Source: an uncultured Actinomycetota bacterium
GTDB taxonomy: Bacteria; Actinomycetota; Actinomycetes; Actinomycetales; Dermatophilaceae
Direction of reading: 5' to 3'
Length of the DNA stretch: 64,000 bases
NCBI GenBank assembly: GCA_963759595.1
Contig: CAVWZX010000004.1
Location: 28,329 to 92,328 of the forward strand
Every line of letters begins with the position of its first letter. Position 1 is the stretch's first letter. Both the position numbers and the translations under genes were made by a program. The notes beneath the pieces were generated by a model that saw only the letters and a list, made by a program, of their open reading frames with translations, was not told where the DNA came from and did not search any database. Positions 33,087 through 44,329 of this stretch are shown here, piece by piece.

Positions 33087-33158
33087 CCGTGGCCCGGACC
33101 AGGGGGGTCCGGGCCACGGGTGCAGGCGTGTCCACGCATCCCACCCCGCGAGGGGTGG
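33087..33158. terminator. Two hairpins downstream of the LVIVD gene
   Basis: CCGTGGCCCGGACC/GGTCCGGGCCACGG and CCACCCC-gcga-GGGGTGG. Confidence 0.6.
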
Positions 33159-33169
33159 ATCGCGAACGG

Positions 33170-34534
33170 CTACTTCACCTTGTAGATCGGCTGGGTCTGC
33201 ACGTTGAGCTGGTCCATCTTCACGGTGGCCGCCTTGCGGAGGTCCTGGTCGGTGATCTTCAGGACGTCGAAGCCCTTGCCGAGGTCGGAGGAGTAGACGT
33301 GGCCGTTGTAGTAGTACGACGACCAGGTGCCGCCACCGTCACCGGCCGGCCCCTCAGGTCCGCGCTCGAAGTAGCCGATCTCGCGCGGGTTGTCGCTGTC
33401 GGTGAAGTCCCAGAAGCTGGTTCCACCCATGTACCAGGACTGCACCATGACGTCGCGTCCCTTGACCGGGATGAGCGAGCCGTTGTGGGCCACGCAGTTC
33501 TCGCTGTCGAACTGGTGCCGGGGGATCTTGTAGTACGACCGGAACGTGAGCTTGCGGTCCCAGCTCAGGTCGTAGATCCCGTTGGCGCCACGGTTCGGCC
33601 CGATCGCCGCGTTGCAGGTCGCGGCCCCGCCACCGCCCAGCTCGTCGGTGAAGACGACCTTGGTGGCGTCGTTGTTGAACGTGGCCGAGTGCCAGAACGA
33701 GAAGTTCGTGGTGTCCCTGACCCGGTCGATCACCCTTGGCTTCACCGGGTTCTTGATGTCCAGGATGATCCCGTCACCCATGCAGGCGCCGGCCGCGATG
33801 TTGCGCGCCGGGTTGACCGTGATGTCGTGGCAGCCGGAGGTGTTGGTGTAGCCGCCGTCGGGGAACAGGTTCGGCTCGGCCACGACCCCGGCGAGGGTCG
33901 GCTGCTTCTTGGGCACCCCGATGATCGAGATCGAGTCGTGCGGAGGCTTGCAGTCGGGGTAGGTCTCGCTCGGGGAGTAGCTCGACACATAGAGGTAGTC
34001 GATCGTCTTGCCGGGGATCAGGGAGTGCGTGTGCGAACCGCAGGCCGTCTCCACCGACTTGATGTAGCGCGGGTTGTTGACGTCGGAGATGTCGAAGATC
34101 TTGATGCCCTCCCACGACGACTTCTCCGTCGCGGGCTGCGCCACCGAGGCGCAGGAGTCGTCCGATCGCGAGGAGTCGGTGGACAGGTAGAGCAGCTTGC
34201 CCGAGACCGTGATGTCGTTCTGGGATCCGGGGCAGCTCACCTGCGCCACCATGCGTGGCTTCTTCGGCTTGGTCACGTCGTAGATGACGAAACCGTTGTA
34301 GTTGCCGACGAACGCCATGTCGTCCTGGAAGGCGATGTCGGTGCCCGTGGCGCCGGCCAGCGGGCCGCTGCTGGGGAGGTTGGTCAGGTGCTCGACGTTG
34401 TAGCTGCGCCCGATCTCATCAGGTCCGAGCTGGGTGCCGGACTTGCCGACCCCATCCGAGGCGTATGCCGCGGTGGCCGGGACGGTGAGGGCGAGCGCTG
34501 CGAGGGTGGCGAGCACCGCGTGGCGGGTTCTCAT
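33170..34534 (-). CDS. Secreted LVIVD-repeat (beta-propeller) protein
   Basis: Signal peptide (AYA); FVIYDVTKP, IKIFDISDVNNP, CGSHTH, GCHDI, NCVAHNG. Confidence 0.8.
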   Translation of the reverse strand: MRTRHAVLATLAALALTVPATAAYASDGVGKSGTQLGPDEIGRSYNVEHLTNLPSSGPLAGATGTDIAFQDDMAFVGNYNGFVIYDVTKPKKPRMVAQVSCPGSQNDITVSGKLLYLSTDSSRSDDSCASVAQPATEKSSWEGIKIFDISDVNNPRYIKSVETACGSHTHSLIPGKTIDYLYVSSYSPSETYPDCKPPHDSISIIGVPKKQPTLAGVVAEPNLFPDGGYTNTSGCHDITVNPARNIAAGACMGDGIILDIKNPVKPRVIDRVRDTTNFSFWHSATFNNDATKVVFTDELGGGGAATCNAAIGPNRGANGIYDLSWDRKLTFRSYYKIPRHQFDSENCVAHNGSLIPVKGRDVMVQSWYMGGTSFWDFTDSDNPREIGYFERGPEGPAGDGGGTWSSYYYNGHVYSSDLGKGFDVLKITDQDLRKAATVKMDQLNVQTQPIYKVK

Positions 34535-34679
34535 CTCTGGCTCCTGCCGGAAATCGCCCGTCGCGGCACCCCTTCAGTGTCGTGATCGTGGCGATTTGTC
34601 CACCCTGCCGGGTCACTCAGCCAGCCTTCAAGGGGAGACTGTCCCGTTTACGGTAAAAAGTTGCTACTAGGGTGCCTTT

Positions 34680-35369
34680 GTGTCGACTTTCCTCCATCGC
34701 CGGTGCCGGCGCGGCTCCACCGGGGCGCTGTTGGCCGCGCTCGCACTCTCCGGCTGCTCCGGCGCCGACGAGGCTCCGGCGCCCGGCGCCACGTCGCCCA
34801 CCGCCCCGGTGCTCCAGCCGGGCAGACCGGGACAGCCCAACTCCTCGCTCACCGGCTCGGCGGCCCTGCCGTCACGGACCGGTGCACCGCAGGCAGCCGA
34901 CGTGAGCTTCATGCAGGACATGATCGTCCACCACGCCCAGGCCATCGTGATGGTGTCGCTCGTGAGCGACCACCTTGCCGACACCCAGGTGAAGGCCCTC
35001 GCAGAGCGAATCTCCGACGAGCAGCGCCCGGAGATCGACGCCATGGCGAAGTGGCTCAAGACCAAGGGCCAGCGGGTGCCGCCGCAGGCCACCAACCCCG
35101 AGTTCGGCTCAGGTGCCCACGACCACGACGCAATGCCGGGGATGGCCACGCAGGACCAGCTGCGACAGCTCGAGGCTGCTCGCGGCGCCGCGGCCGACAA
35201 GCTGTGGCTCACCCTGATGACCGCCCACCACGAGGGCGCGCTGGCGATGGTCGTCAAGCAGCACCGCGACGGCAGCGACGACGTTGTCACCCAGCTGGGC
35301 GACGAGATCCACGTGACCCAGTCGGTCCAGATCGGCTACATGCGCGACATGCTCGGCCGCCTCGGCTGA
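34680..35369 (+). CDS. DUF305 domain lipoprotein
   Basis: Lipobox LSGC; MIVHHAQA and MTAHHEGA. Confidence 0.88.
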   Translation: MSTFLHRRCRRGSTGALLAALALSGCSGADEAPAPGATSPTAPVLQPGRPGQPNSSLTGSAALPSRTGAPQAADVSFMQDMIVHHAQAIVMVSLVSDHLADTQVKALAERISDEQRPEIDAMAKWLKTKGQRVPPQATNPEFGSGAHDHDAMPGMATQDQLRQLEAARGAAADKLWLTLMTAHHEGALAMVVKQHRDGSDDVVTQLGDEIHVTQSVQIGYMRDMLGRLG

Positions 35370-35386
35370 GCCGCCGCGCACACGAC

Positions 35387-35465
35387 GAAGGGGAGGCGCC
35401 GGATCGGGTGCCTCCCCTTCTGCGGCGAGGTATGCCGCGTGGTCGCCCACGCGGCATACCTCGCC
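35387..35465. terminator. Tandem hairpins between convergent genes; the second is an inverted GTATGCCG pair
   Basis: GAAGGGGAGGC/GCCTCCCCTTC (35387-35420) and GGCGAGGTATGCCGCGTGG-tcgc-CCACGCGGCATACCTCGCC (35424-35465). Confidence 0.85.
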
Positions 35466-35476
35466 TGAGTCGTGCC

Positions 35477-37999
35477 TCAGCCGGCGTCGGCGGAGTCGCC
35501 CACGGTCTCCACGACCGGGAGCTCGATGCTGCCCGGGTGCGGGGTGCCGACGAAGGTGAACGTGCCGCTCTTGCCCTCGCCCTCGGCGCCCACGAGGACC
35601 AGCTCGCCCGCCTTGAGCTCGCCGTAGAGGATCTTCTCGGACAGGACGTCCTCGATCTCGCGCTGGATGGTGCGACGCAGCGGTCGCGCACCGAGCACGG
35701 GGTCGTAGCCCTTCGAGGCCAGCACGCCCTTGGCCTCGATGGTGAGCTCGATGCCCATGTCCTTGTCCTTGAGCCGCTTGTCCAGCTTGGCGATCTCGAG
35801 GTCGACGATGGCGACGATCTCGTCCCGCGTGAGCTGGGGGAAGACGATGATGTCGTCGACCCGGTTGAGGAACTCGGGGCGGAAGTGCTGCTTGAGCTCG
35901 TCCGTCACCTTGTTCTTCATGCGGTCGTAGTCGCTGCGGGTGTCCGCGCCGGCCGAGAAGCCGAGCGAACCCTTGGTGATGTCCCGGGTGCCGAGGTTGG
36001 TCGTCATGATGATGACGGTGTTCTTGAAGTCGACCATCCGACCCTGGGAGTCGGTGAGCCGGCCGTCCTCGAGCACCTGCAGCAGCGTGTTGAAGATGTC
36101 GGGGTGGGCCTTCTCGACCTCGTCGAACAGCACGACCGAGAACGGCTTGCGACGGACCTTCTCGGTGAGCTGGCCGCCCTCTTCGTAGCCGACGTAGCCG
36201 GGAGGCGAGCCGAAGAGCCTCGAGACGGTGTGCTTCTCGGAGAACTCCGACATGTCGAGCTGGATGAGGCTGTCCTCGTCACCGAAGAGGAACTCGGCGA
36301 GCGTCTTGGCGAGCTCGGTCTTACCGACACCGGTCGGACCGGCGAAGATGAACGAGCCACCGGGACGACGCGGGTCCTTCAGACCGGCGCGGGTGCGACG
36401 GATCGCCTGGGACATCGCCTTGATGGCGTCGTCCATGCCGACCACGCGCTTGTGCAGCTCGTCCTCCATGTGGAGCAGTCGGCTGGACTCCTCCTCGGTG
36501 AGCTTGAAGACCGGGATGCCGGTGCTGGCAGCAAGGACCTCGGCGATGAGCTCCTCGTCGACCTCGGCCACGACGTCCATGTCGCCGGACTTCCACTGCG
36601 TCTCGCGCTCCGCCTTGGCGGTGAGCAGCTTCTTCTCGTCGTCACGCAGGCTGGCGGCCTTCTCGAAGTCCTGGCCGTCGATGGCCGACTCCTTCTCCAG
36701 CCGCACGGCCGCGATCTTCTCGTCGAACTCGCGCAGGTCCGGCGGTGCGGTCATCCGGCGGATCCGCAACCGCGCGCCCGCCTCGTCGATGAGGTCGATC
36801 GCCTTGTCCGGGAGGAACCGGTCGTTGATGTAGCGGTCGGCGAGGTTGGCCGCGGAGACGAGCGCACCGTCGGTGATGGACACCCGGTGGTGGGCCTCGT
36901 AACGGTCGCGCAGGCCCTTGAGGATCTCGATCGCGTGGCTGAGCGTGGGCTCTGCGACCTGGATCGGCTGGAACCGGCGCTCGAGCGCGGAGTCCTTCTC
37001 GATGTGCTTGCGGTACTCGTCGAGCGTGGTGGCACCGATGGTCTGGAGCTCACCCCGGGCCAGCATCGGCTTGAGGATGCTGGCGGCGTCGATCGCGCCC
37101 TCGGCGGCACCCGCACCCACGAGGGTGTGGATCTCGTCGATGAACAGGATGATGTCGCCGCGGGTGCGGATCTCCTTGAGGACCTTCTTCAGCCGCTCCT
37201 CGAAGTCACCGCGGTAGCGGCTGCCGGCGACGAGCGCGCCGAGGTCGAGGGTGTAGAGCTGCTTGTCCTTGAGGGTCTCGGGCACCTCGCCCTTGACGAT
37301 GTCCTGGGCCAGGCCCTCGACGACGGCGGTCTTGCCGACGCCGGGCTCGCCGATGAGGACCGGGTTGTTCTTGGTGCGGCGGGACAGCACCTGCATGACC
37401 CGCTCGATCTCCTTCTCACGCCCGATGACCGGGTCGAGCTTGCCCTCGCGGGCAGCCATCGTGAGGTTGCGGCCGAACTGGTCGAGCACGAGCGAACCCG
37501 CAGGGGTGCCCTCCTGCTGGACCCCGGCACCCACGCCGGCGCCCGCGCCACCCTCCTTGCCCTGGTAGCCGGAGATGAGCTGGATGACCTGCTGCCGCAC
37601 GCGGTTGAGGTCGGCGCCAAGCTTGACGAGGACCTGGGCGGCGACGCCCTCGCCCTCGCGGATCAGGCCGAGCAGGATGTGCTCGGTGCCGATGTAGTTG
37701 TGGCCGAGCTGCAGCGCCTCGCGCAGGCTCAGCTCGAGGACCTTCTTCGCTCGCGGCGTGAAGGGAATGTGGCCGCTCGGGGCCTGCTGCCCCTGGCCGA
37801 TGATCTCCTGCACCTGCTCGCGGACTGACTCCAGCGAGATACCGAGGCTCTCCAGAGCCTTGGAGGCGACGCCTTCACCCTCGTGGATGAGACCGAGCAG
37901 GATGTGCTCCGTGCCGATGTAGTTGTGGTTGAGCATGCGCGCTTCCTCCTGCGCAAGCACGACGACCCGACGGGCCCGGTCGGTGAACCGTTCAAACAT
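35477..37999 (-). CDS. clpC: ATP-dependent Clp protease ATP-binding subunit ClpC1
   Basis: [35 protein letters not shown]. Confidence 0.97.
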   Translation of the reverse strand: MFERFTDRARRVVVLAQEEARMLNHNYIGTEHILLGLIHEGEGVASKALESLGISLESVREQVQEIIGQGQQAPSGHIPFTPRAKKVLELSLREALQLGHNYIGTEHILLGLIREGEGVAAQVLVKLGADLNRVRQQVIQLISGYQGKEGGAGAGVGAGVQQEGTPAGSLVLDQFGRNLTMAAREGKLDPVIGREKEIERVMQVLSRRTKNNPVLIGEPGVGKTAVVEGLAQDIVKGEVPETLKDKQLYTLDLGALVAGSRYRGDFEERLKKVLKEIRTRGDIILFIDEIHTLVGAGAAEGAIDAASILKPMLARGELQTIGATTLDEYRKHIEKDSALERRFQPIQVAEPTLSHAIEILKGLRDRYEAHHRVSITDGALVSAANLADRYINDRFLPDKAIDLIDEAGARLRIRRMTAPPDLREFDEKIAAVRLEKESAIDGQDFEKAASLRDDEKKLLTAKAERETQWKSGDMDVVAEVDEELIAEVLAASTGIPVFKLTEEESSRLLHMEDELHKRVVGMDDAIKAMSQAIRRTRAGLKDPRRPGGSFIFAGPTGVGKTELAKTLAEFLFGDEDSLIQLDMSEFSEKHTVSRLFGSPPGYVGYEEGGQLTEKVRRKPFSVVLFDEVEKAHPDIFNTLLQVLEDGRLTDSQGRMVDFKNTVIIMTTNLGTRDITKGSLGFSAGADTRSDYDRMKNKVTDELKQHFRPEFLNRVDDIIVFPQLTRDEIVAIVDLEIAKLDKRLKDKDMGIELTIEAKGVLASKGYDPVLGARPLRRTIQREIEDVLSEKILYGELKAGELVLVGAEGEGKSGTFTFVGTPHPGSIELPVVETVGDSADAG

Positions 38000-38187
38000 C
38001 TTCTGCTCCTGCCTATCGAGATCACCTCGATGGTATCTGTGCAAGTGAAACCCGGCGTTGGCTTCAGTTCAATGTCATGTCGTTGACCGATACCCGATCG
38101 GGACGAAATGAACCCTGTCGCACGACTCGTTGGGGCCAACGCAGGGGCCCGCTGACCTGTTCCCCGACCTGAGCCGGGTCGGCTCAT

Positions 38188-38201
38188 GTTCGCCGTGGGC
38201 G
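38188..38201. promoter_or_regulatory. ClgR binding site upstream of clpC
   Basis: GTTCGC-cgtgg-GCG matches the GTTCGC-N5-GCG ClgR motif; near match on the minus strand at 38300-38313. Confidence 0.65.
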
Positions 38202-38357
38202 GACACCCCGGTCCGCTCGCGCACCCCGCGAGGTATGCCGCGGCGTCCGCCCCCGGCATACCCCAGCTTTATCGCGTCTAGGGGGAACGTCGAGCTTCAC
38301 ACCGGAAGCGAACCGGTGCGAAGGTCGATGTTCCTGCATGACCCGATAAAGCTGAGG

Positions 38358-38870
38358 TCAGGCCGTGGGGCCCTTCTTGCGGACCTCATCGACCTGGGCC
38401 ATCGCCTCGCGCAGCTCGCCGAGCCAGCTGTCGGACTTCTCCCCGACCAGCTTCACGCACCAGGCGAGTGCCTCGGACCGCGACTTGGCGACCCCGGCCT
38501 CGACGAGGGTGTCGAGCACCTGGCGCTGGGGCTGTCGCAGCCGGGTCATCACCGGCGCCGCCACGTGGGTGAAGAGCGCCTCCGTCTCGCCGACGCGGAC
38601 ACCCCACGACACCTTCTTGCCGCTGAGGTGCTCGAGCTCGCGGGCGATCTCGATGCGGCGCTCGCGGGTGTCCTCTCGGAACGACTTGATCCGGCCACGC
38701 GCGGCGATGGTGCGGTCGGTGTCGTCGGGTTCGTCACCGAGCTCGGGCTCAGCGAGGTCTCCGATGATGATGAGCTCGTCGCGGTCTCGGGTGACCTCGA
38801 CGGGGCCGGTGAACCAGTCGGTCGGCAGGCGCCCGGCCAACCACGCCTCTGCCGTTGTCTTTGTTGTCAT
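38358..38870 (-). CDS. Conserved hypothetical protein
   Basis: PVMTRLRQPQRQVLDTLVEAGVAKSRSEALAWCV; good codon bias. Confidence 0.75.
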   Translation of the reverse strand: MTTKTTAEAWLAGRLPTDWFTGPVEVTRDRDELIIIGDLAEPELGDEPDDTDRTIAARGRIKSFREDTRERRIEIARELEHLSGKKVSWGVRVGETEALFTHVAAPVMTRLRQPQRQVLDTLVEAGVAKSRSEALAWCVKLVGEKSDSWLGELREAMAQVDEVRKKGPTA

Positions 38871-38972
38871 GTAATGATGATTACACGCTTGCACGCCTGC
38901 AGTCACGAGCGTTCGCTGCCGGCGAAACACGGTGCACGGACGGCGGGTGCGCGAACCGGGCTGTCGTCCGGG

Positions 38973-40250
38973 TCAGCGTGAACGCTGGTCGCTGATCCGC
39001 TTGGCCTTGCCGAGCGAACGCTCGAGGGCGTGCGGCTTGAGGACCTCCACGCGGACCGTCACCCCCACCCGGTCCTTCACCCGCTTCTGCAGCTCGCGGG
39101 CCATCCGCGCGTGATCCGGCTCCGTCGAGGTCTCCGAGGCCGCCTCGACCTGGACGGTCAGCTCGTCCATCCTGCCGGGGCGAGTGAGCACGCACAGGTA
39201 GTGCGGCGTGAGGCCCTCGATCGTGAGCAGGTGCTCCTCGATCTGCGAGGGGAAGACGTTGACTCCACGCACGATCATCATGTCGTCGCTGCGTCCGGTG
39301 ATCTTGGCCATCCGGCGGAACTGCCGGTAGGCGGTGCCGGGCATCAGCGTGGTGAGATCCCTTGTGCGGTAACGGATCACCGGCATCGCCTGCTTGGTGA
39401 GCGAGGTGAAGACGAGCTCGCCCTCCTCGCCGTCCGGAAGCACCTCGCCGGTGACCGGATCGACGATCTCCGGGTAGAAGTGGTCCTCCCAGATGTGCAG
39501 CCCGTCCTGGGTCTCGCCCGACTCCTGCGACACGCCGGGCCCGATCACCTCGGACAGGCCGTAGATGTCGACGGCTCGGATGTTGCTGCGCCGCTGCACC
39601 TCCTCGCGCATCTGCTCGGTCCACGGCTCGGCCCCGAAGATCCCGATCTCCAGCGAGGTCTCCTTGGGGTCGATGCCCTGCGCCTCCATCTCGTCGAGGA
39701 TCCCCAGGAAGTAGGAGGGCGTCACCATGACGATCCGCGGCTTGAAGTCCTGGATCAGCTGCACCTGCCGCTCGGTCATCCCGCCGCTGATCGGCACCAC
39801 CGTGCAGCCGAGCCGCTCCGCGCCGTAGTGCGCGCCCAGCCCGCCGGTGAACAGGCCGTAGCCGTAGACGACATGGAGCAGGTCTCCCGGCCGACCCCCC
39901 GCAGCCGCGATCGACCGGGCCATCACCTCGGCCCACATGTCGATGTCATCGCGGGTGTAGCCGACCACCGTGGGCTTGCCGGTCGTCCCGCTCGACGCGT
40001 GCACCCGCACGACCTGCTCACGGGGCACGGCGAACATCCCGAACGGGTAGTTGTCGCGAAGGTCAGCCTTGGCAGTGAAAGGAAAGCGGGCCAGGTCGGC
40101 CAGCTCGCGCAGGTCGTCCGGACCGACGCCGGCGGCGTCGAAGGCGGCCCGGTAGTGCGGCACGTTCTCGTAGGCGTGGCGCAGGCTCCAGCGCATCCGG
40201 TCCAGCTGGAGAGCACGCAGTTCCTCGACCGTGGAGACGACGTTGTCCAT
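38973..40250 (-). CDS. paaK: Phenylacetate-CoA ligase
   Basis: HASSGTTGKPTVVGYT, YGYGLFTGGLG, DIYGLSE, GRSDDMMIVRGVNVFP. Confidence 0.93.
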   Translation of the reverse strand: MDNVVSTVEELRALQLDRMRWSLRHAYENVPHYRAAFDAAGVGPDDLRELADLARFPFTAKADLRDNYPFGMFAVPREQVVRVHASSGTTGKPTVVGYTRDDIDMWAEVMARSIAAAGGRPGDLLHVVYGYGLFTGGLGAHYGAERLGCTVVPISGGMTERQVQLIQDFKPRIVMVTPSYFLGILDEMEAQGIDPKETSLEIGIFGAEPWTEQMREEVQRRSNIRAVDIYGLSEVIGPGVSQESGETQDGLHIWEDHFYPEIVDPVTGEVLPDGEEGELVFTSLTKQAMPVIRYRTRDLTTLMPGTAYRQFRRMAKITGRSDDMMIVRGVNVFPSQIEEHLLTIEGLTPHYLCVLTRPGRMDELTVQVEAASETSTEPDHARMARELQKRVKDRVGVTVRVEVLKPHALERSLGKAKRISDQRSR

Positions 40251-40472
40251 GTCCGGCAATCTACGGCCAGCACCCATCCCGGGGTATGCCGCGTGGTCAC
40301 CTCTGCCGGTGCGCGCCACCACGACGACGGCGAAGGCTCGCGCCGACCGCGACCGCAAAGACGACGAGCAACGGCGATGCCCGCGTCCGGTCCTGCTGGC
40401 CGAACCTGAGAGTTGGCCGTGAATCCAGACCGCCCGTATCGCATCCTCGCGATCGGACGTACGCTCGCAAAG

Positions 40473-41330
40473 GTGGACCGGGTGGGCTCGCCTCTGGTCG
40501 TCGGCCAGCCCCAGGAGGTGGCCGACGAGACCTCGCGTGCGCCGCGGCGGCGACCCCCACGACGCTGGGTCATCGCGGCGATCCTCGTGGTCGCCGTCCT
40601 GGCCGTCGCGACCTTCGCGCTCACCCGTGGGCCGGAGGTCGCACCGATCACCGCGTCAGACGTCGACAAGGCCGTTCAGGACGGGATCACCAAGGCGCAG
40701 AAGGAGGCCGCCAAGGCGCCTCCTGACGCGGCCGCGGCATACCGGGCGGCCCGGCCGTCGCTCGTCACGATCGTGGCGGCGCGCAGCGGCGACGACGGAC
40801 CCGAGAAGAGCACCGGGGCCGGGATCGTTGTCAGCGCCGAGGGCGCCGTCCTCACCGCGCAGCACGTGATCGACGGGTCGGGCGCCATCGAGGTGACCTT
40901 CTCGGACGGCACGACGTCGGCTGCGCGGGTGCAGGACCAGGACCTCGCGACGGACATCGCGGTCGTCGTGCCGGAACGACTTCCGCAGGTGGTGGTCCCC
41001 GCCGTCCTGGGTGGTGGCGCGCAGGTGGGTGACGACGTGTTCGCGCTCGGGCACCCGTTGGGCCTCAACGGATCCCTGTCCGCCGGCGTGGTCTCCGCGG
41101 TCGGCCGCGACGTCCGGGTCGACTCCGGCCGGACCCTCAAGGACCTCATCCAGTTCGACGCTGCAGTCAACCCCGGCAACTCGGGCGGGCCACTGCTCAA
41201 CAAGGCCGGTCAGGTCGTCGGCATCGTCACCGGACTGGCCAACCCCTCGGAGCAGAGCTTCTTCGTCGGCATCGGTTTCGCCGTCCCCATAGCCACCGCC
41301 GGCGGCGTCGCCGGCAGCCCGCCGCAGTAG
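40473..41330 (+). CDS. Membrane-anchored S1C (HtrA-like) serine protease without PDZ (start approximate)
   Basis: TM segment; TAQHV, DIAV, NPGNSGGPL catalytic triad. Confidence 0.88.
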   Translation: MDRVGSPLVVGQPQEVADETSRAPRRRPPRRWVIAAILVVAVLAVATFALTRGPEVAPITASDVDKAVQDGITKAQKEAAKAPPDAAAAYRAARPSLVTIVAARSGDDGPEKSTGAGIVVSAEGAVLTAQHVIDGSGAIEVTFSDGTTSAARVQDQDLATDIAVVVPERLPQVVVPAVLGGGAQVGDDVFALGHPLGLNGSLSAGVVSAVGRDVRVDSGRTLKDLIQFDAAVNPGNSGGPLLNKAGQVVGIVTGLANPSEQSFFVGIGFAVPIATAGGVAGSPPQ

Positions 41331-41393
41331 CGGCTCACCGCAGGACACCGCAGCAGCTGCCCTCTCGGGGGCTCAGCACCTCAAGGAGAGCGC

Positions 41394-42434
41394 ATGGACC
41401 CGCACCGCCCCGAGCTCGGCCGGCAGCACCCGCTGGAGCAGGCCCTCTACGAGGTGAAGAAGACCATCGTCGGGCAGGACATCCTGCTCGAACGGATGCT
41501 CGTGGCGTTGCTGGCGCGCGGGCACCTGCTCGTCGAGGGTGTGCCCGGCCTGGCCAAGACGATGGCGATCAAGACGCTGGCGCAGGCGATCGGGGGCGAG
41601 TTCCAGCGCATCCAGTTCACTCCCGACCTGGTCCCCGCCGACGTCATCGGCACGCGGATCTACAACCAGAAGGACGGGGAGTTCCAGGTCTCGCTCGGGC
41701 CGGTCTTCGCCAACCTCGTGCTCGCCGACGAGATCAACCGCGCGCCGGCCAAGGTCCAGAGCGCCCTCCTGGAGGTCATGCAGGAGCGTCAGGTCACGAT
41801 CGGGCGCGAGACCTTCAAGGCCCCGGACCCGTTCCTCGTCATGGCGACCCAGAACCCCATCGAGTCCGAGGGCACCTACGCGCTCCCCGAGGCTCAGGTC
41901 GACCGGTTCATGCTCAAGGCCCTCATCGGATACCCCACAGCCTCAGAGGAGTTCGTCGTCGTCGAGCGGATGACGACGACGTTCGAGATGGCCCAACGAG
42001 TGCTCGAGCCCGGACAGCTCCTCGAGTTCCAGAAGCAGGCCGACGCCGTCTACGTCGACCCCGCCGTGATCGAGTATGCCGTCCGGCTGGCCGGCGCGAC
42101 CCGGTCGCCCGGGGCGGTGGGCCTGCCAGACCTTGCGCGCTACCTGTCGTTCGGTGCGAGCCCGCGCGCCTCCATCAACCTGGTGCTGGCGGGAAAGGCA
42201 CTCGCCTTCCTGCGGGGCCGTGACTTCGCGCGCCCGCAGGACGTACGCGACCTGGCCCGCGACGTCATGCGGCACCGACTGGTGCTCTCCTACGAGGCCC
42301 TCGCCGAGTCCATCGGTCCCGACGACCTCCTCAGCCCGATCCTCGACGCCGTCACCATGCCCGACGTGCCACTGCGCGAACGCCGAGCGCAGCAACCCAC
42401 CTCCGAGGCGACGTGGACCAGCGGACCTCGCTGA
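41394..42434 (+). CDS. moxR: MoxR family AAA+ ATPase
   Basis: EGVPGLAKT, RIQFTPDL, DEINRA, ATQNPIE, GASPRA. Confidence 0.93.
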   Translation: MDPHRPELGRQHPLEQALYEVKKTIVGQDILLERMLVALLARGHLLVEGVPGLAKTMAIKTLAQAIGGEFQRIQFTPDLVPADVIGTRIYNQKDGEFQVSLGPVFANLVLADEINRAPAKVQSALLEVMQERQVTIGRETFKAPDPFLVMATQNPIESEGTYALPEAQVDRFMLKALIGYPTASEEFVVVERMTTTFEMAQRVLEPGQLLEFQKQADAVYVDPAVIEYAVRLAGATRSPGAVGLPDLARYLSFGASPRASINLVLAGKALAFLRGRDFARPQDVRDLARDVMRHRLVLSYEALAESIGPDDLLSPILDAVTMPDVPLRERRAQQPTSEATWTSGPR

Positions 42435-43341
42435 CCCCGGGTCCGGTGGGCGCCGGCCCGCTGACCGCCGAGCGCCTGCTCCGGCGGTTGGAGTGGCGTG
42501 TCGTGCGCCGACTCGACGGTCGGCTCCAGGGTGACTACCGGACGCTGTTCCGCGGCACCGGTGTGGACTTCACCGACCTGCGCGAGTACGAGCCGGGCGA
42601 CGACCTGCGACACATCGACTGGAACGTCACCGCACGGATGGACACTCCCTACGTCCGCGAGTACGTCGAGGACCGCGAGGTGACGGCCTGGCTGCTGCTG
42701 GACCGGTCCGCCTCGATGGGCTTCGGCCCGGTGGACCGCCAGAAGTCCTTGGTGCTGGCCGAGATCGCCACGACCATCGCGCACATCCTGTCGCGGGGCG
42801 GCAACCGCATCGGAGCCGCGCTGTTCGACGGTGGCATCTCGACGATCCCGCCGGGGCAGGGACGCAACCAGGTGCTTCGGATCAGCCAGGCCCTGCTGCG
42901 TCCACCCCCTCCCGGCGCGGCCAAGGACACGACCGACCTGTCCCGGCTGCTGCGGGCCGCGCTGGGACTGGCCCGGCGGCGCTCTCTGCTCGTCATCGTC
43001 TCGGACTTCATCACCCAGCCGGGTTGGGAACAGCCGCTCTCGTTGCTGACCCGACGGCACGACGTCGTCGCGATCCAGGTGGTCGACCCCCGCGAGTCCG
43101 AGCTGCCCGCGGTCGGCATGGTCTACGTCGAGGACGCCGAGACCGGCGAGCAGATCTTCGTCGACACCGAGCGACCCGGTCTTCCGCGACCGGCTGCGCG
43201 GCCGCCTCGCGGCAGCGCCAGGAGGAGCTCGTCGCCACGGCGCGCAGGGCGGGCACCGAGATCCACTCCGTCGCCACCGACGACGACCTCGTCCGCGCGT
43301 TGGCCCGCATCTCCGAGCTGCGCAAGCGGAGGCGCCGATGA
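42413..43341 (+). CDS. DUF58 domain protein (frameshift near 43175)
   Basis: LREYEPGDDLRHIDWNVTAR, DRSASM, IVSDF. Confidence 0.88.
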
Positions 43342-44327
43342 GCTTCGAGTGGCCACTGCTCCTGCTGTCCCTGCTCGCGGTCCCCGTCCTGGTGGTCGCG
43401 TACCGGGCACAGCTGCGCCGCCGTGACGAGCGGCGGGCACAGCTCGCCTCCGAGGGTCTCGTGGCTGCCGCTGCCGGGCGCCCGGACCGCTGGCGGCACG
43501 TGGCACCCCTGCTCCTCCTGGCGGCCCTCACCCTGCTGCTCGCCTCGCTCGCCCGGCCGGCGGCGACCGTGGCCGAGCCCCGCCGCGAGGGCACGGTCAT
43601 CCTGGCCTTCGACGTGTCGACGAGCATGGCGGCCAAGGACATGGCACCCACCCGGCTCGATGCGGCCAAGGCCGCCGCCAAGACCTTCGTCGGCCAAGCA
43701 GCCGTCCTCGATCCGGCTGGGCGTGGTGGCCTTCGGCGACTCGGCGGTGATCTCCCAGCAGCCGACGGACGACCGCGCCCAGGTCCTGGCCGCGATCGAC
43801 CGGCTGACGCCCGCAGGGCGGCACCGCCCTCGGGCGGGGCATCGTGTCGTCCATCAGCGCGATCGCGGGGAAGCCGATCAGTGTCGACGAGACCGGCGCA
43901 GGACGGCACTGCCGACGGGGAGGACATCGGCTACTACGGCTCGGCGGCGGTCGTGCTCCTGTCCGACGGCGAGAACACCACTGACCCGGACCCCCTCGTC
44001 CTGGCCGAGCTCGCCTCGACCGCCGGTGTGCGCATCTACCCCATCGGCCTGGGCAGCCCCCAGGGGACCGTGCTGGAGGTGGACGGCTTCCAGATCTCCA
44101 CGGCCCTCGACGAGGCCACGCTCAAGCAGATCGCCGACACCACCGACGGCACCTACTACTCCGCGAGCGACACCAAGGACCTCAGCAAGGTCTACAGCTC
44201 CATCGACCTCGCGTGGACGGCCCGGACCGAGCGCCGTGAGGTCACGTCGTGGTTCGCCGCGGCTGCTGCCGTCCTCCTGCTGCTCGGAGCCGGCGTCTCG
44301 GTCGTCCGTTCGGGAAGGGTGGTCTGA
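43338..44327 (+). CDS. VWA domain membrane protein (BatA-like), internal frameshifts
   Basis: DVSTSM MIDAS, PTRLDAAK, LLSDGEN, terminal TM segments. Confidence 0.85.
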   Translation: MSFEWPLLLLSLLAVPVLVVAYRAQLRRRDERRAQLASEGLVAAAAGRPDRWRHVAPLLLLAALTLLLASLARPAATVAEPRREGTVILAFDVSTSMAAKDMAPTRLDAAKAAAKTFVGQAAVLDPAGRGGLRRLGGDLPAADGRPRPGPGRDRPADARRAAPPSGGASCRPSARSRGSRSVSTRPAQDGTADGEDIGYYGSAAVVLLSDGENTTDPDPLVLAELASTAGVRIYPIGLGSPQGTVLEVDGFQISTALDEATLKQIADTTDGTYYSASDTKDLSKVYSSIDLAWTARTERREVTSWFAAAAAVLLLLGAGVSVVRSGRVV

Positions 44328-44329
44328 CC

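Noticed and set aside
34661-37828. 1055-aa ORF antisense to clpC and other long shadow ORFs (e.g. 15764-18202, 25375-27969, 8894-10990)
   Set aside because: Typical stop-poor antisense frames of high-GC coding DNA, with no recognisable motifs.
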